Shown: positions 27,111-37,342 of the stretch, one piece after another
How positions within the stretch are numbered: the stretch's first letter is position 1
Layout of the letters: each line of letters opens with the position of its first letter
Assembly (NCBI GenBank): GCA_031256715.1
Contig: JAIRQA010000012.1
Location: forward strand, 525-64,524
Direction: 5' to 3'
Length of the DNA: 64,000 nt
Source: Coriobacteriales bacterium
GTDB taxonomy: Bacteria > Actinomycetota > Coriobacteriia > Coriobacteriales > UBA8131
Program-made: the position numbers and the translations under genes
The notes under the pieces: model-generated
The model's input: the letters and a program-made list of their open reading frames with translations, nothing else
The model's database searches: none
Told to the model about the DNA's origin: nothing

Positions 27111-27274
27111 TATGCTTTGTTTCTGTTCACGCCCCCCCCATGCGTCATCCTGAGATTGCCGTAAGTCAATGCTTAAGGCTCTGAGACTTCGGTCTGGCGA
27201 GCTAGAACCTTTAAGCCCTCGCTTCGCTCGCCTCTAGATGACATTGGGTATGGCGTGAACAGAAACTATGCTTT
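27111..27274. mobile_element. MITE-like non-autonomous element (148 bp) with 15-bp terminal inverted repeats and 8-bp target-site duplication
   Basis: The TIR gtttctgttcacgcc (27119-27133) pairs with ggcgtgaacagaaac (27252-27266). It is flanked by the direct repeat tatgcttt (27111-27118 and 27267-27274). The interior is a long imperfect palindrome centred on agac-ttcg-gtct (27184-27195). Confidence 0.6.
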
Positions 27275-27461
27275 GCTTGTTACTTGTTTGACGCTATCGC
27301 CATGCTTGAAACAATCTTAAAGTTTAGAATAGAGTGTGGTTATGTATTTGTCAAGCAAACGTGAGGGCAACTCAACCAGCCCAACCCAGCCAACGTTAAA
27401 TGCCATCCGAACCGCAGCGTGGGTAATGGGTGGGTGTACGGAGGAAATGGTTCGGGGATTA

Positions 27462-27563
27462 TGCAAACGGGACGCTGTGGACAGCGTCCCCTACGAAGGT
27501 AATGCAAGCATAAAAATAATTCGGAGCTTATGCAAACGGGACGCTGTGGACAGCGACCCTACG
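27462..27563. repeat. REP-like array, family B (2 units), inverted relative to 14612-14786
   Basis: 'tgcaaacgggacgctgtggacagcgtcccctacga' at 27462-27496 and a second unit at 27531-27563. The ~35-bp linker between them also matches the reverse complement of the linker at 14641-14690. Confidence 0.9.
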
Positions 27564-27786
27564 GGAGGGGGTGCGCTAAGCCTTGCACGCAAACCAAAAA
27601 AAATCAAAAGAATTTCTAAAAACCTAATACTGGATGAATTGCATTGCAAAAACAGAAGATCTACACTAGATGCAGGCTAGCGTACTTTACCTAGTGTTTT
27701 ATGTCGTATTCTTGTTTTTAGGTTTCTATGTTTAAAGGTGTTTTAAGCAAGCAAGTAGTTAAACGAGTGTAAAGGAGGGTCGTAAG

Positions 27787-30700
27787 ATGAGTAGAAGAAG
27801 ACTGGTTATACGAAGGTTTTTAAGCATCATGTTAACGCTTGCGCTTGTTGTTGCGCTATTGCCAACAACAGCAATGGCATTTCCTATTAACACGGGGGTC
27901 GATGGTGCTACGGTAAGCACTAGCGTCGCAGGAGATTTTGCTAGCGATTCAAGCGCCGCCAACGCCGCAGGTTCCAGTGGCGGCAATAGCTCAAGCGACG
28001 CCAACGCCGCAGGTTTCAGTGGCGCCAATAGCTCAATCGACGCCAACGCCATAGTTGGCGCAGATAGTAGCAGCATTAGCGCTGCCAGCGATTCCGATAT
28101 CAACAATGCTAGTGGAACTAACAACGCCAGCACTACAATCGTCACGGACATTGCCAACGATGCCGGTGCAACAGACGACGCAGGCTCCAGCGGTGCCACC
28201 AGCGCCGTCAGCACCACTGGCACCACAGACCACAACAGCACCAACGTCGTTAGCACCACAGAAACAACAAGCCCCAGCGGCACCAGCGCAACAGACGTCG
28301 CAGACTCCAATAGCACTAGCGGCGCCAACCCATCAAGCAATTCAGGCATCAACAACGCCAGCACCACAAGCACCACAGGCAATGCAGCAAGCACACCTAA
28401 TGGCAAGGCAAAAAGCATCAAGCCACGTGTAGGCTACGATGACTCTGCCGAATGGGTAGATTATGTAGAGCTAGAAGCTTTATATGTAACATTTATATCG
28501 GCAAGTAGCGACGACACAGTTTCATTTGAAACTGTCATGGGGGTTATAGACTACAACGGCAATGTTACAATTGAGCTGCCTGCTGGTGTTGCGGTGGTGT
28601 CCTTATCAACACATTATACTGTACCCAAAGGAAACTACATTAACTTTAACGATGGTGTTGCCATTGGTAGCGGCTACGCACATGATTTCACCGAGCCCCT
28701 TAATTGTACGCTTGCTAGTTACAAAGCAGGTGTTGCGCCAAAAGACTTTACCATAACCATAACTTATAGGTACCATGATGGCTATCAGTTTAAAGGTGAG
28801 TATTTAATAAATGGTTGCCTTGGCACCTATGACCCATTTGGTAATATAGAAGTCGTTTTGCCGGTTGCGTCATATGGCGACGAGCTAGATTTAAGCTCGT
28901 TGATAGCCGAGTTTAAACTTGGTGGAGGCTATTCGTTTTACGTGAACAACGTAAAGCAAAGAAGTGGCGTTAGCGCAAATAACTTTTGGGTTCCGGTTAC
29001 ATACAAAGTGGTTAATAACGAAACCGGCGAAACCATTCAGACACTAACGGTTACTGCGCGTCAGGTACTTAAGCCTGATTTTCTTGGCTTTTCTATTAAT
29101 GGCGTGCAGGGCGAGATTTTTTATGCGGACAAGCTTGTCACGGTGAACCTTCCCTATGATGCAGAGCTTAGTAATGTTAAGCCTGTGTTCTCGCTGCCAG
29201 ATGGAGCCGTGGCAAGAGTTAATGGCGCAACACAGATATCAGGAGTTAGCAGCCAAAACTTCACATCAGATAAAACATATGTAATTACTTCCGGCAACCT
29301 GACACAAAATTGGAAGGTAAGCGTAAAGGTAAATAAAGATGCCCGCGAGTATCGCGGTATTGTTTTAGACCAAAATGGCAATCCTGTGCAAGGCGCCCAA
29401 TTTTTCTGGGATGGACCTGCTTGGGCAACTACCGCTGCCGATGGCAGCTTTAGCTTTGCCTTTGACAACTATTGGGGTCTGGGAAGTCACTGGAACTACA
29501 CATCTTATGTCTTTGAGGTTCGCAAGTCAGGATATCTTAATTCACGCGTTACAATTTATCCTTCGTCTGCTCAAGAGGCTGCAGCGCAAAGCGATGTTGG
29601 ATATGTAGATCTGGGTATTATTAGAATGGTGGCCGCATCATCTGGTTCTATTGGTGGAGAAGTAAGCGTTTCTGCAACCTATACGCAACGAGGCAAGCAA
29701 ATACAGGCGCGCATTGCATGGGTAACTTCTAGCAGTTTGTCTAACGCTAGCCTTAGCGTTACAGTTCCTGCCGGCGTTAGCTTTGTGCAAGGCTCTGCTA
29801 GCGACAGCACTGCCATCATTAATGATGATGCTAGCATGCTAGCATTAACTAAGGACGTGCCGGCAGATACACCGCAGGTGCTTACGGTCTTGCTTGCAAT
29901 AGATAAGTCCTTCTTAGGTCGCGGTTTCGAGGTCATGGCAAAAGTGAACAACACAAATTTGCTGCCTGCGGCAGTGGTCATAACCGATATCACTTTAAAT
30001 ATCCCTTACGAGGTGGACGTCTCTGATGTTGTTGGCGAAGATTACAGCGATGCGTTTTCTATATGTGGAGAAGCAATGGCACAAGCAGGGTACACGGTTA
30101 ACGTGCAAGTAACCGATGACTTGGGAAACCTTTGCCTCACAAACAAAGATGATGTCTTGCGCAGTGTAGCGGTGGGAAGTTATTCGCCATGGTGGAATGT
30201 AAATGGCGTAAAGATCGCCGGCGCGAAAAGCCGCGCAACGAATGTTTATTTTGTAAAAGCGACACTAATAGATGATGCCGGAAATATAGTTACCACTGTT
30301 AAAGATACATTATTAGTAAAGAAGAATGCCTTAAAGCTAAAGTCTATTAAGCTTGATACCCCACGGCTTAGTGCTCAAGCTTCTCCTCCAATAAGTAACT
30401 CTAGCTATGTAGTGGCAAGTGTTTTTGTTGATATTAACTACAAAGGCCTAGACACTATTAACATTTCTACAAATTGGGAGAATACTGAAGACGTTGTAGA
30501 GTGGGAATATACTTTAGTTAGCAGTATAGGTGTCTATCGCTTAGGTGGCACCGGCAACGAAAATGGCACTTTTGCCACGAGTTTTGCCAAAAATAGTTAT
30601 CGCGGTTTTGGTGCTGCAAAGCTTTATCTTACACTCACACGCGCAGATGGTAGTAAGCAGACATTTACTGTTGGCTTGCTTACGTTAATCATCGATCCAT

Positions 30701-33700
30701 CTGGCTATGTATATAATGCAAAGACAGGAGACCCTGTAGTTGGCGCAACGGTAACGCTGCAGGTACTTGACGATTCTTTGCCAGATGCAACATGGCAAGA
30801 CTGGAGCGCCGAGGAATACCAACAAACTAATCCCCAGCTTACAGGTGATGATGGTAGTTATGGCTGGATGGTGCCACCGGGGACATACCGCGTTTGCGCA
30901 AGCAAGGATGGCTATGAATCTGCCACTACCACAGATGAAACACCTGATGCATATGGGCAAATTCAGGTGCCGCCCGCACATACCGACGTAGATATCTACC
31001 TTACGCCTATGGCAACAAACATCATCAACCTTAATGACGATAATCCTGTTGGTGGTGACGGCTGGTCGTATTCAGATCCGAATTATTATATTGAGGATGG
31101 CGCTGATGTTGTTATTACGGGCTGGCACAACGGGCGATCTGTTTTTGTGCGCGAGAATGCCACAGCGCATATCACCTTGCGGAACGCTCGTATTGCGTCT
31201 TGGTCACCTTTAGCGTTGTTAGGGGGATCTAACTTAAGATTAACGCTAGAAGGGAACAATCTGCTTTATGGGAACGAGAGATTTGCACGCCCAGGATTAT
31301 TTGTTCCTGTTAGTACTAGCTTGATAATAGATGGCGATGGCTGGCTAGTTGCAGATACAGATGGTATTGCTGCGGGCATAGGCGCGGCACCAAGCGATGC
31401 TCAAAATAATAGAGCTTGTGGCGAAATAATAATTAATGGTGGTTTTGTTACTGCCACAAGTAGCGATAGGGGCGGTGATGGTATTGGTGGCGTGCTTGGT
31501 AGTGGACATACTTCCGGTAGTCTAACAATAAATGGTGGCACTGTCAGATGTATAGGAATTGATTATGATATTGGTGTTGGTTCAATAACAATAAATGGCG
31601 GCAGCGTTAACGCCTTAAATAGAGATTTGAATGTTCAGCCAAAAAATAGTAGCGGCGAAAATGTCTATCTGAACACTTTGGCGCTTGACGCAACTTTTTC
31701 TAGCAATTGGAAAAGCATAGCTTCTGGGATTATAGGCGGCGTAGAATGCGATGCGTCGGCGCCAGGTAATGGACATCCCGCCGCTGGTTCTTACGGTATC
31801 TATTGCGCACTTGTGGATATGAGTAAGCAACTCTATTTTTGGTTGCCGCCAAGCACAGAGACAGAAAAAATCAGGCTTACTGTTAATAGCATAGATGGAG
31901 CATTAAGCAATACCTACATTAGGGAGGCAAACAATAATAATGCTTCTGTGCTGCGTTTTCCTGTAGCAACAACCCCCATCACATTTATGGCAGAGCAGGT
32001 GGGTGGCGCAAGTGGCATAGCAGATAGCGCGGCAATTAAGATTGATTTCAGCGAACCTGTAACAGATTTGTTTGCCAGCGACATTGCTATCACAGGCGGT
32101 ACAGGCGCTATTACCAAAGGCACACTTACCGGTAGTGGACAGTCATATACACTTGCCTTAAGTAGCGTAGCAGCAGAGGGCACGCTAAGCATATCTATTG
32201 GCGACTTTGGCAGTTATACCGTAACCAACAACCCGCAAACTATTGCAGTGTATAAAGACACGCGTACTTGGACGGCATCTATAGACCAAACAGGCAAATA
32301 TACTTTTCCTAGTGCAGAGCCTGGATATAGCAGTCATGAGCTGGAACGCATATTTACCATTACAAACACTGGCACACAAAAGCTTGAAAATGTTAGCGTA
32401 AGCTTCGAGTCTGACTCATTACCTTTTGAGATTAGCACGCCGTTAACTAATAGTACAATTCCTGTTGGCGAAAGCGTCAGCTTTGGTGTGCGGCCAAAGA
32501 TGGGACTTGGGCTTGCACCAGAAGGTGGCTCGCGTATGTACGTAGATGTTTTGCATGTTAACTGGAACAATGATGCTTCTAATAAGGGTCTATATTTTGC
32601 ATTGTTGTTCACAGTGAATGAAGCCCCTATTGAGCCTCCACAGCAGCAGACTGCGCATTATAACGTTGACGATATAAAGGTCATAAATGCTATCATAGAT
32701 AACAATGGTCTGGATTTTCCCAAGGCAGCAACAGATGGCACAGTGAGCAATCTATGGATGAACACTAATTGGCTCGCTGAAACTATCGTTTGGGATTCTC
32801 ATTTCTCGGAGTTAGGTGAAGAGCGAATAATTGCTTTAAATTTCGCTGGCAAACCGCTAACTGGAGACTTAGATATACGTGGTCTGTCTGAGTTGCGAAG
32901 TTTGCAAAGCAGTAACAGTGTCGTTAATCCCGGGACAAATTTAACCAGAATAGATGCTAGCGGTTTAAGTTCATTAAGAATTCTTAATTGCGATGGTAAT
33001 ATAGGGCTAACAAGTTTAAACGTTAGTGGAGCGGTAGCGCTTGAAGTGTTAAGTTGTTCCAGCACTATGTTAACTAGCTTGGATATTAGCAGTCTGACGT
33101 CGCTAAAAGAATTAGATTGTCACTACAGCAAGCTAGCTGAGCTAGATGCCAGCAATGCAACACAGCTGGAAGTTTTAAATTGTCGTAACGTATCCAATCT
33201 TAGCAACTTAAATATTCAAGGATTAAGCCAACTGCGGGAATTAAACTGCCGCGAGAACCTCATAAGTAACTTAAACTTGGATGGTTTAGAACAACTAGAA
33301 AAGTTGGACTGTTCTGGTAATAAGCTAAACATTTTGGATGTAAGCAACTCGCCTAACTTGTTGTATTTAGACTGTCATAACAATCGTCTGCTGATGCTGG
33401 ACTTAAAAGGATTGTCGCAGTTGGAACGTTGTTATGCTAGCATGCAAAAAGTCTCTGTTCAGCTGATGAAGAACGGCGATGGTAGCTACAGCGGCAGTAT
33501 TTTAATGCATCCAAGCAGCGAATTTGCTAGTGTTTCACTTTTTTATAGCAATGGAGTTCTTACAAGTACGGATGCTACAGTTCTTTTATCTGAGTTTACT
33601 AGCCCTACAAATTTTGAAGATGAGGCTATCGAGTCACCATATTTGTTGTCGGGCACTTTAAGTTTGACCTATGCAGATGAAAAACTTACGCCAACCATAG

Positions 33701-35598
33701 CAGACTTAGATTATCAGCTAGAGTACACTTCTGGTGTAAGTAATGTATACAATGGCACCGAGCAACCTATTAGTTATTGCAATGCCGCAGATGGAGTTAA
33801 TGGCCTTGGTGCTATTACAATATATTACGAGGGTGCTAGCAATACTGTTTATGCTAAAACTACAACTGCTCCTACAGATGCGGGCAGCTATATAGTATCT
33901 GTTGATATAGCTGAAGGTGCAAACTACGCAGAAGCCTTTGATATTGTTCTGGGTGAGTATCAAATTCTTAAGGCAGAAGCGCCAAGTATTACATGGCCAA
34001 CATCTACAACAATTGAATATGGTATGTCATTGGCAGAATCTACCTTGGTTGGCAACACAGCTTTTGGTAGCTTTAGTTGGACAAATCCAGAAACAATACC
34101 TACAGTAACTAATAGTGGTTATAGCGTGACTTTTACAGCAAACGCGAACACTATAGCAAATTATGAGGCTGTGACACCAGTCACAAGAATAGTTGCGATT
34201 ACAGTAAGCAAGGCAGAGGGAACTTTTCCAATTCTTGATAAACTTGTTGCAACGTGGAGCGCTACCTTAAAACTAAGTGATATCACTTTGCCCATTGGCT
34301 ACGCTTGGGTTAACCCGGATTTGGCTATACTAGAGGCTTTTGACAATCAGGATTTTGAGGCAAGCTATACAGACCCATCTGGCAATTACGAAACTGTGAC
34401 ATCGGTAGTTATGGTAGATGTTAAAAAAGCGGCAGGTCCTGCTGCCCCGGCACTTGATTACAAGATTAGTGGTGCGACCTTCCCCAAGACATTAACGATA
34501 ACAGCAGTTGCCGGTGCCGAGTATAGTTTTAATGGTGGCGCAACATATAGTTTAATAAACACCTATTCCCTAGCAGCAAACGAGACTGTAGAAATTGCAA
34601 TTAGATTTGCCGAGACAAGAACTCACTTTGCGTCTGCCGCAATGAAGACAACGGTTGTGGCTGTAAACGATGATCAGAATCCTCCGGCAGCTTTTACACT
34701 TATTTATGAGGCGAATGGCGAGCTAGACTACACCGTTACTATACCAGCGACTTTTGGTGCGGAATATAGCTTTGATGGTTTATTCTGGAGCGTGGCAAAC
34801 GTGCGAAGCGGCTGCTTACCAGGTAGCACAATCACCGGCTATAAGCGCATGGCGGCAAAAATTGGCTACAACGCCAGTAGCGTAGTGTCTGCCAGTATCA
34901 CATTGCCACTTTTTGATAATGGCGACGGAGACGAAGACGGCGACGATGATAGTAACGGCGGCGGTGACGGCAACGGTGATAATGGTGACGGCACTGATGA
35001 TGGCGGTGGCAGCTCAGGAAACGGCGATAATGGCGATAACAGCAACAATGGTATCGGTGGCACTGGTGGCGATAACAACAGTAACAATGGTACCGATGGC
35101 ACAGGAAACGGCGATGGTGCTAACAATGGTTCCGGAGACAATAATGGTAGCGATAATGGCAATGCCGGTAACAATACAGGTGGCGAGAATACCGGCAACA
35201 CCAATAACACCAATAATACAAACAATACAAACAATACAAACAATGCTAACAACACCAGCAACACAGGTCAAAACAATTCCAACACCGGTCTACAAACGCC
35301 TGATAACCAAAGCAGCAGTGGCAACAATAATGATGACGATGACGAGCAAGCGCCACAAAACACACCAAGCAGCACTAGGTCATCAGGCAGCAGTAGTTTG
35401 GGAAGTGGGTCTGCCTCTGGTAACTCTATAGCAGAGAACTCAACGCCTTTGGCGGCCGCGGGAACAGAAATGGCAAACGCGCAAGCAAGTGATGGCTTGT
35501 TGTTGTGGCCGTGGATACTTCTGGCACTGGTTTTAGTAGCTACTGTTTTGGGCGTGACAATTTATCTTAGAGCTAAAAGGCAAAGAAGCTTGAAATAA
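27787..35598 (+). CDS. giant cell-surface protein (2603 aa) with signal peptide, LRR region and C-terminal membrane anchor
   Basis: SD AAGGAGGG and an N-terminal signal-like MSRRRLVIRRFLSIMLTLALVVALLPTTAMAF. S/T/N/A-rich spacer (about 27900-28420). Prealbumin/CarboxypepD_reg-like segments (GIVLDQNGNPVQGAQF..., GYVYNAKTGDPVVGATVTLQ...PPGTYRV). A beta-helix-like GG-repeat region (about 31150-31620). About eight 22-aa leucine-rich repeats (about 32860-33440). A G/N/D-rich tract (about 34910-35400). A C-terminal TM helix plus basic tail (LLLWPWILLALVLVATVLGVTIYLRAKRQRSLK). Confidence 0.85.
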   Translation: MSRRRLVIRRFLSIMLTLALVVALLPTTAMAFPINTGVDGATVSTSVAGDFASDSSAANAAGSSGGNSSSDANAAGFSGANSSIDANAIVGADSSSISAASDSDINNASGTNNASTTIVTDIANDAGATDDAGSSGATSAVSTTGTTDHNSTNVVSTTETTSPSGTSATDVADSNSTSGANPSSNSGINNASTTSTTGNAASTPNGKAKSIKPRVGYDDSAEWVDYVELEALYVTFISASSDDTVSFETVMGVIDYNGNVTIELPAGVAVVSLSTHYTVPKGNYINFNDGVAIGSGYAHDFTEPLNCTLASYKAGVAPKDFTITITYRYHDGYQFKGEYLINGCLGTYDPFGNIEVVLPVASYGDELDLSSLIAEFKLGGGYSFYVNNVKQRSGVSANNFWVPVTYKVVNNETGETIQTLTVTARQVLKPDFLGFSINGVQGEIFYADKLVTVNLPYDAELSNVKPVFSLPDGAVARVNGATQISGVSSQNFTSDKTYVITSGNLTQNWKVSVKVNKDAREYRGIVLDQNGNPVQGAQFFWDGPAWATTAADGSFSFAFDNYWGLGSHWNYTSYVFEVRKSGYLNSRVTIYPSSAQEAAAQSDVGYVDLGIIRMVAASSGSIGGEVSVSATYTQRGKQIQARIAWVTSSSLSNASLSVTVPAGVSFVQGSASDSTAIINDDASMLALTKDVPADTPQVLTVLLAIDKSFLGRGFEVMAKVNNTNLLPAAVVITDITLNIPYEVDVSDVVGEDYSDAFSICGEAMAQAGYTVNVQVTDDLGNLCLTNKDDVLRSVAVGSYSPWWNVNGVKIAGAKSRATNVYFVKATLIDDAGNIVTTVKDTLLVKKNALKLKSIKLDTPRLSAQASPPISNSSYVVASVFVDINYKGLDTINISTNWENTEDVVEWEYTLVSSIGVYRLGGTGNENGTFATSFAKNSYRGFGAAKLYLTLTRADGSKQTFTVGLLTLIIDPSGYVYNAKTGDPVVGATVTLQVLDDSLPDATWQDWSAEEYQQTNPQLTGDDGSYGWMVPPGTYRVCASKDGYESATTTDETPDAYGQIQVPPAHTDVDIYLTPMATNIINLNDDNPVGGDGWSYSDPNYYIEDGADVVITGWHNGRSVFVRENATAHITLRNARIASWSPLALLGGSNLRLTLEGNNLLYGNERFARPGLFVPVSTSLIIDGDGWLVADTDGIAAGIGAAPSDAQNNRACGEIIINGGFVTATSSDRGGDGIGGVLGSGHTSGSLTINGGTVRCIGIDYDIGVGSITINGGSVNALNRDLNVQPKNSSGENVYLNTLALDATFSSNWKSIASGIIGGVECDASAPGNGHPAAGSYGIYCALVDMSKQLYFWLPPSTETEKIRLTVNSIDGALSNTYIREANNNNASVLRFPVATTPITFMAEQVGGASGIADSAAIKIDFSEPVTDLFASDIAITGGTGAITKGTLTGSGQSYTLALSSVAAEGTLSISIGDFGSYTVTNNPQTIAVYKDTRTWTASIDQTGKYTFPSAEPGYSSHELERIFTITNTGTQKLENVSVSFESDSLPFEISTPLTNSTIPVGESVSFGVRPKMGLGLAPEGGSRMYVDVLHVNWNNDASNKGLYFALLFTVNEAPIEPPQQQTAHYNVDDIKVINAIIDNNGLDFPKAATDGTVSNLWMNTNWLAETIVWDSHFSELGEERIIALNFAGKPLTGDLDIRGLSELRSLQSSNSVVNPGTNLTRIDASGLSSLRILNCDGNIGLTSLNVSGAVALEVLSCSSTMLTSLDISSLTSLKELDCHYSKLAELDASNATQLEVLNCRNVSNLSNLNIQGLSQLRELNCRENLISNLNLDGLEQLEKLDCSGNKLNILDVSNSPNLLYLDCHNNRLLMLDLKGLSQLERCYASMQKVSVQLMKNGDGSYSGSILMHPSSEFASVSLFYSNGVLTSTDATVLLSEFTSPTNFEDEAIESPYLLSGTLSLTYADEKLTPTIADLDYQLEYTSGVSNVYNGTEQPISYCNAADGVNGLGAITIYYEGASNTVYAKTTTAPTDAGSYIVSVDIAEGANYAEAFDIVLGEYQILKAEAPSITWPTSTTIEYGMSLAESTLVGNTAFGSFSWTNPETIPTVTNSGYSVTFTANANTIANYEAVTPVTRIVAITVSKAEGTFPILDKLVATWSATLKLSDITLPIGYAWVNPDLAILEAFDNQDFEASYTDPSGNYETVTSVVMVDVKKAAGPAAPALDYKISGATFPKTLTITAVAGAEYSFNGGATYSLINTYSLAANETVEIAIRFAETRTHFASAAMKTTVVAVNDDQNPPAAFTLIYEANGELDYTVTIPATFGAEYSFDGLFWSVANVRSGCLPGSTITGYKRMAAKIGYNASSVVSASITLPLFDNGDGDEDGDDDSNGGGDGNGDNGDGTDDGGGSSGNGDNGDNSNNGIGGTGGDNNSNNGTDGTGNGDGANNGSGDNNGSDNGNAGNNTGGENTGNTNNTNNTNNTNNTNNANNTSNTGQNNSNTGLQTPDNQSSSGNNNDDDDEQAPQNTPSSTRSSGSSSLGSGSASGNSIAENSTPLAAAGTEMANAQASDGLLLWPWILLALVLVATVLGVTIYLRAKRQRSLK

Positions 35599-35611
35599 CA
35601 AGTGTTGTGGC

Positions 35612-35652
35612 AGCGCAGTTGCTCCTTTTAAAGGGGTAACTGCGCTGAGTTT
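35612..35652 (+). terminator. putative intrinsic terminator after the surface-protein gene
   Basis: Imperfect ~14-17-bp stem agcgcagttgctccttt / aaaggggtaactgcgct (35612-35646), followed by gagTTTTcg. A related copy of the 3' half recurs at about 35690-35725. Confidence 0.45.
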
Positions 35653-35710
35653 TCGTAGGGTAGTAAACTCTTTATGATCCTTTGGCGTCCTAGCGCCTTT
35701 TAAGGTGTAA

Positions 35711-37321
35711 CTATGCCGAGTTTTCGCAGACCTGTTTGCGCAAAGGCTTTATGCACAACAATAGCAAAATAATACCAAGCAGATCAGCAACTGCCAAGAA
35801 TAATAGCACCACTGCGGCATCAAGCCCAATTTGCAATAATGCACCGCCAATTACAGGAGACGCCACGGCACCCAAACGGCCGACACCTAAAGTAAAGCCA
35901 AGGGCACCTGTGCGTATGTGTGAGGCAAAGGCGTTAGAGACAAGCGTGTTGGTTAGGTTTTGTGCGCTTATGGCGCCAACACCGGCACAAAAGACCAGGC
36001 AGAACAATAAGATGGGGTTATCTATACGTAGAGCAATTGCAGACAATGAGACTGCAGCCAAAAGCGCGCAACTTATAGCAACAAGATTAACGCCAAGTTT
36101 GCCGGCAACTCTAGCGGTAAGTAGTGAGCCCAAGACACAACCCAAATTTAATGTCATCATTAATTGCAAGGAGTTGTCTAAAGGAATATTAAACTCTCGC
36201 ATTAATTGTACAAGCCAGGTGCTAATCCCATAATATGCCATAAGAAACATAAAGGTGGCAAGCGCAAGTAGTAGCAACAATAAGCGACCTGTCTTCCCAA
36301 AAGCTCGCAGACTAAAACGTGAGCATTGGGCATCTTCGGCTTCTTGCTTGGTGGTAGACGTGCTTACTTCTCTACATAATTCTTTATATAATTCACCATT
36401 CGTTTCATTGCATATCTTTGCGTTTGCAGTTGCATTAGTTTTTGCGCTAATTTTTGCTGCGGAGATTTGCTTTGCCTCGCCTTTTGCAAGTTTGCTATAC
36501 GTTGCTAAGACTAACGCCAAGCCTATGACTCCCGCAACAACCATTATCATTCGCCATCCGCTTAGGGCAAGAATCAGGCTTGTGCTTGCTGCGGCAGCAA
36601 ATCCACCCAAGGGTACTCCAGACATCACCAGGCTAATTACAAAGGCAGACTGACTTTGCTTGCACTGCCCGCGCGCAAAAGATAGAGCGACAGGAAGCAC
36701 TACTCCAAGACCAAGGCCCGCCAATGCACGTGATGCGCCCAGAACATAAAGGTTTAAAGAGATAGCTCCAAGAAACATTGCCAAGCTAAACCAGATGATT
36801 CCTAAGCATATGGTTTTGGTGTGTCCCCAGAAGTTATTAACTTTGCCTGCGAATATGCCACCTACGAACATGCCAAGAAATGTGATACTGCCAATGGCAC
36901 CGCCTATGACTTTGTTTACACCCATAGAGGTATCTTGTATTAAAGATGGCAAAACACTGCTGTAGGCAATGAGGTCAAAGCCTTCGCAAAACATTACAAG
37001 TGCAACTATGACAACAAGCGACCAAGAACATTTTGTATGCGCTTGAGTTGATGACTGCGTTTGAGCAAGCTGCTGCGCTTGTGTTTGAGTTTTAGCGTGC
37101 TCGTGCTCCTGCTTCTGCACTTGCGCTTGAGTTGGCATATGCGCTTGGATGTTGGGTGAGTTGTTTAGGGAATCGCTTGGTAACTTGTTTGGTAAATGAA
37201 GATCGCTCTTAGTGCGCACATCATCCCGCTCGCTTTCCCGCACATCATCCCGCTTGCTATCCCGCCCATCATTTCCTACATCATTTCCTACATCATCCCG
37301 TTCGCTATTATTCACGTTCAT
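35711..37321 (-). CDS. MFS transporter with ~100-aa charged/low-complexity N-terminal extension
   Basis: Predicted 12-TM profile and a motif-A-like loop (GGIFAGKVNNFWGHTKTI). The N-terminus has DDV(G/R)-type repeats. It lies immediately downstream of the AraC gene on the same strand. Confidence 0.85.
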   Translation of the reverse strand: MNVNNSERDDVGNDVGNDGRDSKRDDVRESERDDVRTKSDLHLPNKLPSDSLNNSPNIQAHMPTQAQVQKQEHEHAKTQTQAQQLAQTQSSTQAHTKCSWSLVVIVALVMFCEGFDLIAYSSVLPSLIQDTSMGVNKVIGGAIGSITFLGMFVGGIFAGKVNNFWGHTKTICLGIIWFSLAMFLGAISLNLYVLGASRALAGLGLGVVLPVALSFARGQCKQSQSAFVISLVMSGVPLGGFAAAASTSLILALSGWRMIMVVAGVIGLALVLATYSKLAKGEAKQISAAKISAKTNATANAKICNETNGELYKELCREVSTSTTKQEAEDAQCSRFSLRAFGKTGRLLLLLLALATFMFLMAYYGISTWLVQLMREFNIPLDNSLQLMMTLNLGCVLGSLLTARVAGKLGVNLVAISCALLAAVSLSAIALRIDNPILLFCLVFCAGVGAISAQNLTNTLVSNAFASHIRTGALGFTLGVGRLGAVASPVIGGALLQIGLDAAVVLLFLAVADLLGIILLLLCIKPLRKQVCENSA

Positions 37322-37342
37322 ATAGAACTCCTTAATCTGTAA

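Noticed and set aside
27119-27266. Possible cobalamin riboswitch or other structured leader upstream of the B12-binding radical SAM gene.
   Set aside because: I could not find B12-box-like conserved sequence. The structure is a single long palindrome bounded by 15-bp TIRs and an 8-bp direct duplication, which is better explained as a MITE insertion. An Rfam scan would settle it.
27759-28421. Long antisense ORFs inside large genes: 27759-28421(-), 28055-28432(+), 34866-35264(-), 34913-35431(+), 18766-19392(-), 8997-9383(-), 36255-36653(+), 39069-39605(-), 48342-48842(-).
   Set aside because: All lie within better-supported genes in low-complexity or codon-biased regions. They translate to repetitive A/L/S/V-rich peptides and have no SD or family resemblance. 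They are shadow ORFs.
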